DNA from: the human T2T-CHM13v2.0 reference genome, Homo sapiens
Assembly (NCBI RefSeq): GCF_009914755.1
Contig: NC_060930.1
DNA length: 64,000 bases
Reading direction: 5' to 3' (one strand)
Position 1 is the stretch's first letter; every line of letters begins with the position of its first letter. A program made the translations under genes and the position numbers. Positions 47,801 through 64,000 of this stretch are shown here, one piece after another. The notes under the pieces were generated by a model. That model did not search any database, was not told where the DNA came from, and saw nothing but the letters and a program-made list of their open reading frames with translations.

Positions 47801-49409
47801 CCCAAAATAAAATACCGACTACTACTCTTTATATGTGATAAATGTTATTGCTGGTCTCTCTCTTTTCTACTAAGAAGTATAATGCATTTAGTTCTAGCTT
47901 CATAGGTATTTTGGCATTCATGTGTGATCAGAGCACAAAATATTTTTCCCACTAGACCTACAAAATGTAAATAACTTCTGTCTCCTGTATTAACATCTTG
48001 ACTTTTACAGAAGTGTGCTTGCATAGAGAAAAAAGTAAAAACATGAAGCCATAGACAGGAATTCTCTAAGTCTAACCACAGGTCCTGAGTGACATTAAAG
48101 AATATATAAATTGTCAACATCCAGTTTATACAGTAGTGAAAATCACAGCTCAAAAATTTTTGCCACCTACCTACAAGATAAGTTTACTAAATCTCCCTAT
48201 CAAACTTATGGTTTTAATCAATTTTGCTGCTCTTCTTTGCAAACAATCACATTTCATGGTTTTAATACATTACATAATAGTACATAACATTCTCTTAGCT
48301 GACAATAGACCAATTAGCAGCTTCCCTAATGCATCCCTGCAAAGGAAGTGAAATTAACAGAATATGACATTCATAGAGCCTTTATCGGAGCATCTGAAGA
48401 TAGGTAGAAGAGAAAGGACTTGGATGATATGATTTGAGAGAAACAATCAAGAACTCCTTGCCCAAAAGCATGTCTTTCCACCATGTGTTGATGTGTAAGT
48501 CTTAATATTTCATTGTTTTCAGGGAATTTATTTTTTGATAAGCCATTGATTGAAATATTACATACATACAGAGAATCACATGGACAGCACATTGAATTTT
48601 CACACAGTAAACCCACCCATGTAACCATCACCAAGTTCCAGTAATAGAACATTATCAGCACCCTGAAGCACTGCTCCCACCCCTGGGGTTTAGATATCAG
48701 TTCATCTCCCTTTCCCCAAACTTGGCCATTACCTCACTTCTATCACCATAGATTAGTTTTTGAACTTTAACCAAATAGAAGTATACAAAAGAATTCTTTT
48801 AACTCTTTTAATAAATGTTATGTTTCTGAGATTCATCCATGCTATTCTATAACTACACTTCAGGCATTTTTATAGCCATTTAGAATCCATAGTACAAATC
48901 TGCCACCATATAATTATCCATTATACTATTGCTTGCTGTATACTTAGATCATTTCAAATATGGAATGGTTCTGTGTATGTCTTTGGGTGTAGATAAGTAT
49001 GTGTTTCCATTGGTTATATACCTAAGAACAGAACTGTAGAATCTTTGGATATGCTTATGTCCAATCGTAGTTAATATTGCCAGTCTTCCAAAATGATTGT
49101 ATTAATTCACTCTCTTGCCAGCGGTGTCTGAGATTTTTAGTTGGTCATCATTTTTGCCAATTCTTGTTGTTGTCAGTGTGTAACCACTATAGCGTGTATA
49201 TAGGGTTTCTTGATGTGATTTAAATTTTTATTTCACTGATGAGTAATAATGTTGAGCACCTATTCAAATGTTAATGACCCCCAAATTTCCTCTTTTGTGA
49301 AGTGCTGTTAAAGTCTTTTGCCTGTTTTTCTATTGGGTTTTGTATCACTTTTGTATTGGCTTTAAAGAGTTCCTAATTCAGACTGGAAACAAGTCCTTTG
49401 TTAGATATA

Positions 49410-49796
49410 TGTTCTGAACTCAATTGTGTCCCTCAAAATTCATATATTAATGTCCTAATCTCAGTACCTTAGAATGTGACTGTATTTGGAGAAAGGGCCT
49501 TTAAAGAAGTAATTAAGGTTAAATGAGGTCTTTAGGATAGTGTCCTAGTCCAGTATGGTTGGTGTCCTTACAAGAAGAGGAAAACACCACAAATGCTTGT
49601 GCCCAGAGAAAAGGTTGTGTGAGGACACAGTGAGAGGCAGCCATCTGCAAGCCATAATGAAAGTCTACAGGAGAAACCAACCCTACTAACACCTTGATCT
49701 TAACCTTCTAGCCTCCAAAACTATGAGAAAATAAACTTCTGTTATTTAAAGCCACCAGTCTGTGGGGTTTTTTTTAGGGCAGTCCTAGCAAATACA
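49410..49796 (+). mobile_element. MLT1B-like MaLR solo LTR
   Basis: Typical MLT1B sequence; TSD ATATA/ATGTA. Confidence 0.8.
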
Positions 49797-49845
49797 ATGT
49801 ACACATTAGAAAGATCTTCCTCTAATCTTCTGTGACTTACTGTTC

Positions 49846-49877
<32 letters not shown>

Positions 49878-50659
49878 ATGCTATCTTTTTAAAACAAAAG
49901 TTCTTGATTTTAATGTGTTATTTTTTTTCCTTTTTGGTTTCTGCTTTTTGTTATCTGCTTAAGAAAACTTAGCTGCCAAAATTCGAGCATATATTCTCTC
50001 AAGTTTTCTTCTAGAAGCATTTTTATTTTCCTTCACATTTCAATCTACAGTCCTCAGAAGCTAATTTTTTTAATACAGTGGAAAATAGAGGTCAAGATTT
50101 ATTTTTCTCATAGATAAACAATTGGCCTTGCAACTCTGGTGAAAAGACTCTACCTTTGCCTACTGTTCTACAGTCTCACTTTATAAATCAAATAAACTTA
50201 TTATAGGAATAAGTTTGTTACTCACCCTTCCAATCAGTTGTACTGATCTATTTACCTAGATTTGTGCCAAAATCAAACTGTCTGAATTGCTGTACCTTTA
50301 CAACAAGTCTTTGTTTCTGTTATGTAAGTTCATGAAATTTTTACTTTTAAAAAATTTTCTTGGCTACTCTTGAATCTTTAATTCCCATATGTTTTACAAA
50401 TAGTTTGTCAATTTCTATGAAAATACCTCCTGGGGTCAAATTGAATCTATAGATTCAATACATCAATTTGAGATGAGATCACTTTAAAGAAAAGGGTCTT
50501 CTAAGCCATAAATGTAGAGTCTTCCTTCATTAATTTAGGTTACCTTTAATTTCTTTGAAGATACTGTGTAGCTTTTCGTGTTGATCCCTTAAATTCTTTA
50601 TTATATATATATTCCTAGACATTTTATATCTTTTGATGCTATCGTAAAAGATATAGTTT

Positions 50660-51005
<346 letters not shown>

Positions 51006-51948
51006 TTAAAAAAAGGTAGGCTTTTTATGTCTAGTAACCTTGCTAATTTCACCTATTAGCTTGAATAATTTAACTGTTATTTATGCTGCACTCTCTCATT
51101 ATACAAGCATGTAATTTGTGAAAGAAAATTTTTATATTTCCTGTTGAAAACTTTTCAGTTATATCTTCTTTTTCTTTCCATCTTGCACTGACTAGGCCAA
51201 GTTCTCTATTACAATGTTTACAATGTTTAATTTAATTAGTAAAAGTAACATTTTCCCAGTCTAGGGGTGAGGAGAGAAATCTTTCAATATTCTATCATTA
51301 GGTGTGCTGTTTGCTTTAGATCTATTGTAAATATTCAAATTAAGGAAATTGCCTGCTATTTCTAGTTTGCTTACATATTTCATCATAAATTATATCAAAT
51401 GCTTTCCATTCCTCTGTTGAGATTATCATATTCTCTCCTTTCATCTGTTAATGTAATGAACTCTATTGATTGATAGAATTATAGTGATTTCTTTTAGATG
51501 TTAAACCAGTTTTGTCTTCCTACAATAAGTTGCAGGTTTTTTCATGTATTATCCTGTTTACAGATTGCTGGATTCAATTTGATTTTTTAATACAATTTTT
51601 ACACCTGTGCTCATGAGAGTGATTAGCCTGTAATTTTTCTTTCATGTAACACCATCATCCTGGTTTTAATGTTAAGTTTATGCTAGCTTCATAAAACAAA
51701 TAGTACTCCCTTATTTTTTCTATTATCTGAAAAAAATGTCTGTAAGATTAATGGTATTTCTGCCTTAAATGTTTATTAGAATTGACTGGTAAAGCCATCT
51801 GCGTATGAAGTTTTCTCTAAGAAATGGGAAGCTTTGTTATTATGAATTTAAATGTTAATAGATTTCTTATTTTTTCCTATGTCAGGTTTGACATGTTGTG
51901 AATTTTATTCTCAGAATGCATCCATTTTATCTTCCTTTTCAAACTGGT

Positions 51949-53502
51949 GAGGAGGCTGGTCACAAGATGGCCAACTAGAAGCAGCTAGTGCCACTCTCAC
52001 AGAGAGAAATAGAATAAATGAATAAATACAGCACTTTCAACTGGAACATCCAAGTACATGCATTGGGATTTACCAAGGAAACAACTCGACCCATGGAGAA
52101 TGCAGATAAACAAGGCAGGATGACCATCCAGAGTGACACAGAGTCACAGGAGCCTCCCCTGCCCAGGGAAGCAGTGAGTGAGCGAGTGACCCTGGGAACT
52201 TTAAAATAACAAAGATCAAAAAAAGACAAGGGCATTATGTAACGGTAAAGAGTTCAATTCAACAAGAAAGCCTAACTATCCTAAATATGTATGTACCGAA
52301 CACAGGAGCTCCCAGATTCATAAAGGAATTTCTTAAAGACCTACAAAGAGACTTAGACTCCCACACAATAATAGTGGGAGACTTCAACCCTCCACTGACA
52401 GTATTAGATCATTGAGGCAGAAAATTAACAAAAATATTCAGTGCCTAAACTCATCATTGGATCAAATGAACCTGCTAGACATCTACAGAACTCTTTACCC
52501 CAAAACAACAGAATATACATTCTTCTCATTGCCACATGGCACATAATATAAAATAAACTACTCAATTGGAAATTAAGCAATCCTCAGCAAACACAAAAGA
52601 ACTGAAATCATAACAAACACTCTCTCGAACCACAGGACAACAAAAATAGAAATCACAACCAAGAAAATTGCTCAAAATTATACAACTTTGTAAAAATTAA
52701 GTAATCTACTCCTGAATGACTTTTAGATAAATAATAAAATTAAGACAGAAATCAAGAAGTTATTTGAAACTAATGAGAACAAAGACACAGCATACCAGAA
52801 TTACTGGGAAACTGCTAAGGCAGTGTTAAGCAGGAAATTTATAGTACTAAATTTCCATATTAAAATGCTAGAAAGATTTCAATTTGCCAAGCTAACATCA
52901 CAACAAAAAGAACTAGAGAAGCAAGAGCAAACCAACCCCAAACTAGCAGAAGATACGATATAACCAAAATCAGAGTTGAATTGAAGGAGATGGAGACATG
53001 AAAAACCATTCAAAAGGTAACAAATCCAAGGGTTGGTTTATTGAAAAAAAATCACGATAATAGATCACTAGCTAGACTAATAGAGAAGAAAGGAGAGAAG
53101 ATCTAAATAAACAAAATGAGAAATGACAAAGAGGATATAAACACTGACCCCACAGAAATAGAAATAACCATCAGAAACCACTATGAACATCTACATGCAC
53201 ACAAACTAGAAAATCTAGAAAAAATTGATACATTTCTGAACATATTATGCTCCCGACTGAACCAGAAAGAAACTGAATTGCTGGACACACCAATAACGAA
53301 CTTTAAAATAGAATCAGTAATAAGTAGCCTACCAACCACAAAAAGACCAGGACCAGATGGATTCACAGCCAAATTCTACCAGATGTACAAAGAAGAGCTG
53401 GTATCATTCCTACTGAAACTATTCTAAAAGATTGAGGAAAAGAAACTCCAGCCTAACTCATTCTATGAGGCCAGCATCACCCTAATACCAAAACCTGGCA
53501 GA

Positions 53503-53535
<33 letters not shown>

Positions 53536-55969
53536 GAAAACCTCAGGCCAATACCCATGATAATCGTCAGTGCAAAACTCCTCAACAAAATATGGGCAAA
53601 CTGCATCTAGCAACATATTAAAAATCTTATCCACTTTGATCAAATAGGATTTATCTTTGGGATGCACGATTGGTTCAACATATGCAAATCATTAAGGTGA
53701 TTCATCACATAAACAGAACTAGACAAAAACCACATGTATATTTCAATAGATGCAGAAAAGGCTTTCAATAAATTCAACATCCCTTCATATTAAAAACAGT
53801 TAATAAACTAGGTATTGAAGGAACATATTATAAGAGCCACACATGACAAACCTACAGCCAACATCATACTGAATGGACAAAAGCTGGAAGCATCCCCCTT
53901 GAAAACCAGCACAAGAAAATAATGTCTTCTCTCACCACTCCTCTTCAACATAGTAATGGAAGTCCTGGTCAGAGCAATCAGGCAAGAGAAAGAAATCTCT
54001 TTCTCTTGGGCATCCAAATACAAAGAGAGAAAGTCCAACTATCCCTGTTTGCAGATGACATGATTCTGTATTGAGAAAATTCCACAGTCTCAGCCCAAAA
54101 TCTCCTTCACCTAATAAACAATTTCAGCAAAGTCTCAGGGATATAAAATCAATGTACAAAAATCACTAGCATTACTATACATCAACAACAGCCAAGCTGA
54201 ACATCAAATCAGAAATGCAATCACATTCACAACTGTCACAAAAAGAATAAAATACCTAGGAATGTAGCTAACTAGGAAGGTAAAAGATCTCGATCTCTAC
54301 AAGGAGAACAATAAAATAATGCTCAAAGAAATCAGAGATGAAACAAACACATGGAAAAGCATTCCTTTCCATGATCATGGATAGGAAGAATCAATATCAT
54401 TAAAATGGCCATACTACCCAAAGCAATTTATAGATTACATGCTATCTCTATTAAACTACCAGTGACATTCTTCAAAGAGATACAAAAATCTATTTTAAAA
54501 TTCGTATGAAACCAAAAAAAGCTGAAATAGCCAAGGCACTCCTAAGCAAAAAGAACAAACCTAGAGGCATCACACTATAAAACTTTAAACTATACTACAG
54601 GGCTACAGTAGCCAAAACAGCTTGGTACTGGAACAAAAGCAGACACATGGACCAATGGAACAGAATAGGGAACCCAGAAACAAGGCTGCACAGCTACAAC
54701 CATTCAATCTTTGACAAAGCTGACAAAAACAAGCAATAGGGAAAGAACTTTATTTAATAAAGGTTGCTGGGATAACTGGCTACCATATGCAGAAGATTGA
54801 AACTGGACCTCTTCCTTATATTATATACAAAAATCAACTCAAGAGGGGTTAAAAACTTAAGTGTAAAACCAAAACCTTTGAAAACCCTGGAAAACAACCT
54901 AGGCAATACCTTCCTGGACACAGGAACTGGCAAAGATTTTATGAGGAAGACACCAAAAGCAATTACAACAAAAGGAATAATTGGCAAATAGGACCTAATT
55001 AAACTAAAGAGCTTCTGCACAGCAAAGGAAACTCAATCAACAGCCTATGGAATAGGAGAAAATATTTGCAAACTATGCATCTGACAAAGGTCTAATATCC
55101 AGCATCTATAAGGAAGTTAAACAAATTTACAAGAAAAAAACAACCTCATTAAGAAGCTGGCAAAGGACATGAACAGACACTTTTCAAAAGATGACATACA
55201 TTCAGCCAATGAGCATATGAAAATACACTCAACATCACTGATCATTAGAGAAATGCAAATCAAAACCACAATGAGATACCATCTTACACCAGTTAGAATG
55301 GCTATTATTAAAAAGTAAAAAAAAATAATAATAACAGATGATGGTGAGGTTGTGGGAAAAAGGAATACTTATATACTGTTGGTGGGAGTGCAAATTAGTT
55401 TAACCACTGTGGAAAGCAGTGTGGTGATACTTCAAAGAGCTAAAAATACAGCTACCGTTTGACCCAGTAATCCCAGTACTAGGTATATGCCCAGAGGAAT
55501 ATAAATCATTTTACCATAAATACACATGCACATGTATGTTCACTGCAGCAATATTCACAATAGCAAAGACATGGAATCAACCTAAATGTCCATCAATGGT
55601 AGACTGGATAAAGAAAATGTTGTACATATGCACAATGGAATGCTATGTAGTCACAAAAAATAACAAGATCATGTCCTTTCACGTGAACGCAGAAGGAGCT
55701 GGAGGCCATCATCCTTAGCTAACTAATGTAGGAAAAGAAAACCAAATACCTCATGTTCTCACTTATAAGTGGGGGCTCTGATGAAAACACCTGGACACAT
55801 AGAGGGGAACAACAGACACTGGGTCCTACCTGAAGGTGGAGGGTGAGAGGAGTTCAAGGATCTGGAAAAATAACTAATGAGTGATGAAATAATCTGTACA
55901 AGAAACCCCCATGACACAAGTTCATCTATATAACAAACCTGCACATGTACACCTGAACTTGAAAAAAAA
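51949..55969 (+). mobile_element. Old primate L1 (L1PA13-16-like) with both termini but a large internal deletion; (CA)n at ~53504-53534
   Basis: About 250 bp of 5'UTR (CAAGATGGCCAACTAGAAGCAGC) joined at ~52198 to ORF2 EN sequence. TSD AAACTGGT at 51941-51948 and 55970-55977. Confidence 0.85.
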
Positions 55970-56004
55970 AAACTGGTTAACATAAAGTTGTTCATAATAT
56001 CATC

Positions 56005-57983
56005 TTTTTTCTCTTTTATTGATATATAAAATTCACATATTTATGGGGTACCTGTGAGTGTTTATTATATGCATAGAATGTGTAACTGGGGTATCCATCC
56101 CCTTGAATGTTTATTATTTTTATATGTTGGGATATGATTTCAATTCCTCTCTTCTAATTACTTTGAAATATACATAAATTGTTGCTAAATATAGTCACCC
56201 TAGTCTCCTATCAAACATTGGAACTTATGTCTGCTATCTACCTATATGTTTGTACCCATAACTAACCTTTCTTCATGTCCACCTTCTACCTACTCACCTT
56301 TCCCAGTATCTGGTATCAATCACTCTTGTCCATATGTCCATGAGATCAAGTTTATTAGCTCCCACATATGAGTGAGAACATGAATTATTTGTCTTTCAGT
56401 GTCAAGCTTATTTCATCCATGTTCTTTCAAATGACATGATTTAATTCTTCATTATGGGCAAATAGCATTCTATTGCCAATACTATATTTTATTTATATTT
56501 ATATTCTATAATATATTTTCTTTATCTGTTCGACCTTTGATGGACACTTAGGTTAATTCCATATCTCTGCTATTGTAATTAGTGCTGTGATAAACATGAT
56601 GGACACTTAGGTTAATTCCATATCTTTGCTATTGTAATTAGTGCTGTGATAAACATGTGAGTGCAAGTACCCCTTTGATATACTGATTCCTTTTCCTTTG
56701 AATAGATACCCCATAGTGGGATTGCTGGATCATATGGTAGTTCTATTTTTACTTTTTTGAAAAATCTTCGTACTCTTTTTCATACCAGTTTTACTAATTT
56801 ACATTCCCACCAACAGTGTATAAGAGTTTCCTTTTCTTCACATTCTTGTCAACATCTGTTGTTGTTGTTATCCGATTAACAACAGCCATTCTAACTGGGA
56901 TCAGATGATAACTCACTGTGATTTTGATTTGCATTACCTCATAATAAGTGATATTGAGCATTTTTTCATTTGTATATCTTCTTTTTAGAAATGTCTACTC
57001 TTGTCCTTTGCCCATTTTTTAACGTAATTGTTGTTTCATTGTTGAGTAGTTTGAATTCCTTGGATATTGTGGATATTAGTCCTCTGCTGGATGAGTAGTT
57101 TTCAAATATTTTACCCCTTTCAAGAGATTGTCTCTTCCCTCTGTGATTTGTTTTGCTATGCAGAAGCTGTTTAGTTTAATATAGTGCCATTTGTCTATTT
57201 TGTTTTTGCTGTTGTTTTCTGTGCTTTTAAGGTCTTAGCCATAAAATTTTTCCCTAGACTAATGCCCTAGGAGTTTTCCTGTTTACTTCTAGCAGTTTTA
57301 TAGTTTGGGGTCTTACGTTTAACCCCTTTTGAGTTGACTTTTGTATATGGTGAAAGACAGAGCTCCAGTCTCATTCTTCTGAATATGATTATCTAGTTTT
57401 CCCAGTATTATTTATTGAAGAGGGTATTCTTTCCCCAGTGTATGTACATGGTGACTTTGTTGAAGATCAGTTGTCTGTAAATATGTGGATTTATTTCTGG
57501 GTTCTTTATTCCATTCCATTGCTCTAGGTGCCTATTTATATACCAATACCATATTGTTTTCATTACTATAGGCCATGTAATGTGTTTTGAATTCAAGTAG
57601 TGTGATGCCTCCAGCTTTGTTATTTTTCCTCAGAATTTCTTTAGCTATTTGGGCTTTATTTTGGATCTATATGAGTCTTATACTTTTTTTTATATTTCTG
57701 TGAAGAATGGCATTGCATATTTTGATAGGGATTGCACTGAATCTATAGACTGCTTTAGGCAGTATAGTCATCTTAATGACATTAATTCTTCTGATCCATA
57801 AGCATTGATGTCTTTCTATTTGTTTGTGTACTCTTCAATTTCTCTTACCAGATGTTTGAAATTTTCCTTCTGGAGATCATTCACATTCTTAGCTAAATTT
57901 ATTCCTAGTAATTTTTTGAAGATCTTATAAATGAGATTGCCTTCTTGATTTCTCTTTTGGCTATTAGAAATGCTACTAATTTT
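56005..57983 (-). mobile_element. L1MA-type element, antisense
   Basis: L1MA-like 3' end (CATATTTATGGGGTAC...) and antisense ORF2 fragments (ORF 57408-57596). Confidence 0.8.
56538..56657. repeat. 59-bp tandem duplication inside L1MA
   Basis: Units start at 56538 and 56597; one mismatch. Confidence 0.93.
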
Positions 57984-59541
57984 GGGAGGCAGTTCCAAGG
58001 TAGCCAAATAGGAACAGCTCCAGTCTATAGCTTCCAGCATGAGCGACGCAGAAGATGGGTGATTTCTGCATTTCCAACTGAGGTACCGGGTTCATCTCAC
58101 TGGGGCTTGTCGAACAGTGGGTGCAGGACAGTGGGTGCAGCCCACCGAGCATGAATCAAAACAGGGTGAGGCATCACCCCACCTGGGAAGTGCAAAGGGT
58201 CAGGGAATTCCCTTTCCTAGCCAAGGGAAGCTATGATAGATGGCACCTGGGAAATTGGGTCACTCCCACCCTAATACTGCACTTTTCCAAGCATCTTAGC
58301 AAATGGCACACCAGGAGATTATATCCCACGCCTGGCTCAGAGGGTCTCAAGCCCACAGAGCCTTGCTCATTGCTAGCACAGCATTCTGAGATTGAACTGC
58401 AAGGCAGCAGCGAGGCTAGGAGAGGGGCGCCCACCATTGCTAAGTATTGAGTAGGTAAACAAAGCAGCCTGGAAGCTCAAACTGGGTGGAGCCCACCGCA
58501 GCTCAAGGAGACCTGCCTGCCTCTGTAGACTCCACCTCGGGGGGCAGAGCATAGCTGAACAAAAGGCAGCAGAAAATTCTGCAGACTTAAATGTCCCTGT
58601 CTGACAACTTTGAAGAGAGTAGTGGTTCTCCCAGCACGGAGTTTGAGATCTGAGAATGGACAGAATGCCTCCTCAAGTAGGTCCCTGACCCCTGGGTAGC
58701 CTAACTGGGAGACACTCCCAAAAGGGGCTGACTGACACCTCATACAGCTGAGTGCCCCTCTGAGACGAAGCTTCCAGAGGAAGGATCAGGCACCAACATT
58801 TGCCATTCTGCAATATTTGCTGTTCTACAGCCTCCACTGGTGACACCCAGGCAAACAGGTCTGGAGAGGACCTCCAGCAAGCTTCTCCAAGCTAAAGGAG
58901 GAAGTTCGAAACCATAGCAAAGAAGCTAAACACCTTGAAAACAGATTGGATGAATCGCTAACTAGAATAACCAGTGTACAGAAGTCCATAAAGGACCTGA
59001 TGGAGCTGAAAACCATGTCACAAGAATTACATGACGAATGCACAAGCTTCAGTAGCCAATTCGATCAACTGGAAGAAGGGTATCAGTGATTGAAGATCAA
59101 ATGAATGAAATGAAGCAACAAGAGAAGTTTAGAGAAAAAAAGAGTAAAAAGAAACGAACAAAGCCTCCAAGAAATATGGGGGTAAGTGAAAAGACCAAAT
59201 CAGCATATGACTGGTGTACCTGAAAGTGATGGGGAGAATAGAACCAAGTAGGAAAACACTCATCAGGATAGTATCCAGGAGAACTTCACCAACCTAGCAA
59301 GGCAGGCCAACATTCAAATTCAGGAAATACAGAGAATGCCACAAAGATATTCCTTGAGAAGAGCAACTCCAAGACACATAATTGTCAGATTCAACAAAGT
59401 TGAAATGAAGGAAAAAATGATAAGTGGAGCCAGAGAGAAAGGTCGGGTTATGCACAAAGGGAAGCCCATCACACTAACAGCTGATCTATCAGCAAAAACT
59501 TTACAAGCCAGAAGAGAGTGGAGGCCAATATTGAACATTCT
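57984..59541 (+). mobile_element. L1PA5/6-like host element: 5'UTR and partial ORF1
   Basis: GGGAGGCAGTTCCAAGG...ATAGGAACAGCTCC start. A ~280-bp deletion at ~58880 removes the ORF1 ATG. ORF1 fragment at 59336-59541. Confidence 0.9.
58231..58437 (-). CDS. L1 antisense ORF0 homolog (68 aa), open; expression unknown
   Basis: MVGAPLLASLLPCSSISECCASNEQGSVGLRPSEPGVGYNLLV...IRVGVTQF aligns with primate L1 ORF0 (MAGAPPPASLPPCSLISDCCASNQRDSVGVGPSEPG...). Confidence 0.5.
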   Translation of the reverse strand: MVGAPLLASLLPCSSISECCASNEQGSVGLRPSEPGVGYNLLVCHLLRCLEKCSIRVGVTQFPRCHLS

Positions 59542-62469
<2,928 letters not shown>

Positions 62470-64000
62470 TAGAAAACCCCATCATCTCAGCCCAATATCT
62501 CCTTGAGCAGATAAGCAACTTCAGCAAAGTCTCAGGATACAAAATCAATGTGCAAAAGTCACAAGCATTCTTATACACCAATAACAGACAAACAGAGAGC
62601 CAAGTCATGAGTGAACTCCCATTCACAATTGCTTCAAAGAGAATAAAATACCTAGGAATCCAACTTACAAGGGATGTGAAGGACTTTTCAAGGAGTACTA
62701 CAAACCACTGCTCAACGAAATAAAAAAGGACACAAACAAATGGAAGAACATTCCATGCTCATGGATAGGAAGAATCAATATTGTGAAAATGGCCATACTG
62801 CCCAAGGTAATTTATAGATTCAATGCCATCCCCATCAAGCTACCAATGACTTTCTTCACAGAATTGGAAAAAACTACTTTAAAGTTCATATGGAACCAAA
62901 AAAAAAAAGCCTGCATTGCCAAGACAATCCTAAGCAAAAAGAACAAAGCTGGAGGCATCACACTACCTGATGTCAAACTATACTACAATGCTATAGTAAC
63001 CAAAACAGCATGGTACTGGTACCAAAACAGAGATATAGACCAATGGAACAGAACAGAGACCTCAGAAATAATATCACACATTTACAACTATCTGATCTTT
63101 GACAAACCTGAGAAAAACAAGAAACGGGGAAAGGATTCCCTATTTAATAAATGGTGGTGCTGGGAAAACTGGCTAGCCATATGTAGGAAGCTGAAACTGG
63201 ATCCCTTCCTTACACTTTATACAAAAATTAATTCAAGATGGATTAAAGACTTAAATGTTAGACCTAGAACCATAAAAATCCTAGAAGAAAACCTAGGCAA
63301 TACCATTCAGGACATAGGCATGGGCAAGGACTTCATGGCTAAAACACCAAAAGCAATGGCAACAAAAGCCAAAACTGACAAATGGGATCTAATTAAACTA
63401 AAGAGCTTCTGCACAGCAAAAGAAACTACCATCAGAATGAACAGGCATCCTACAGAACGGGAGACAATTTTTGGAATCTACTCATCTGACAAACAGCTAA
63501 TATCCAGAATCTACAAAGAACTTAAACAAATTTACAAGAAAAAAAAACAAACAACCCCATCAAAAAGTGGGCAAAGGATATGAACAGACACTTCTCAAAA
63601 GAAGACATTTATGCAGCCAAAAGGCACATGAGAAAATGCTTATCATCACTGGCCATCAGAGAAATGCAAATCAAAACCACGATGAGATACCATCTCACAC
63701 CAGTTAGAATGGCGATGATTAAAACGTCAGGAAACAACAGGTGCTGGAGAGGATGTGGAGAAATAGGAACACTTTTACACTGTTGGTGGGACTGTAAACT
63801 AGTTCAACCATTGTGGAAGTCAGTGTGGCGATTCCTCAAGGATCTAGAACTAGAAATACCATTTGACCCAGCCATCCCATTACTGGGTATATACCCAAAG
63901 GATTATAAATCATGCTGCTATAAAGACACATGCACACGTATGTTTATTGCAGCACTATTCACAATAGCGAAGACTTGGAACCAACCCAAATGTCCAACAA
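62470..64000 (+). mobile_element. L1 ORF2 3' part (resumption of the host L1), runs off the window
   Basis: Starts at TAGAAAACCCCATC just after the RT FADD motif; 266-aa ORF2 fragment 62783-63583. Older-type diagnostics (GGACACA, GGATAGG) match the 57984 host. Confidence 0.88.

Overview
Primate (human-like), AT-rich, transposon-dominated genomic DNA, most likely intronic or intergenic. I find no intact protein-coding gene, RNA gene, CpG island or CRISPR-like array. Nearly every ORF in the track is a broken LINE-1 ORF1/ORF2 fragment or an antisense frame of L1, Alu or LTR sequence. Contents: five primate L1PA elements, older L1M/L2/MIR relics, ten Alus (nine on +), MaLR/ERVL/ERV1 LTRs, a two-LTR THE1 element, hAT DNA transposon relics and microsatellites. 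The L1PAs are a 3' portion at 1-4117, a near full-length L1PA4-like copy at ~15977-22128, an internally deleted old copy at 51949-55969, and a host L1 from 57984 split by an antisense L1PA4-like insert. The most interesting signals: (1) neighbouring L1 copies share clusters of non-consensus substitutions pair by pair, which suggests local non-allelic gene conversion; (2) an L1-in-L1 insertion with ~2.4 kb of host lost leaves a long inverted repeat; (3) a consensus recursive-splice (AG|GTAAGT) site and other cryptic exons lie on the minus strand, and TE strand bias points to a minus-strand host transcript; (4) an open L1 ORF0. Subfamily names and consensus comparisons come from recalled consensus sequences and need RepeatMasker/Dfam confirmation. 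Boundaries of old repeats are approximate.
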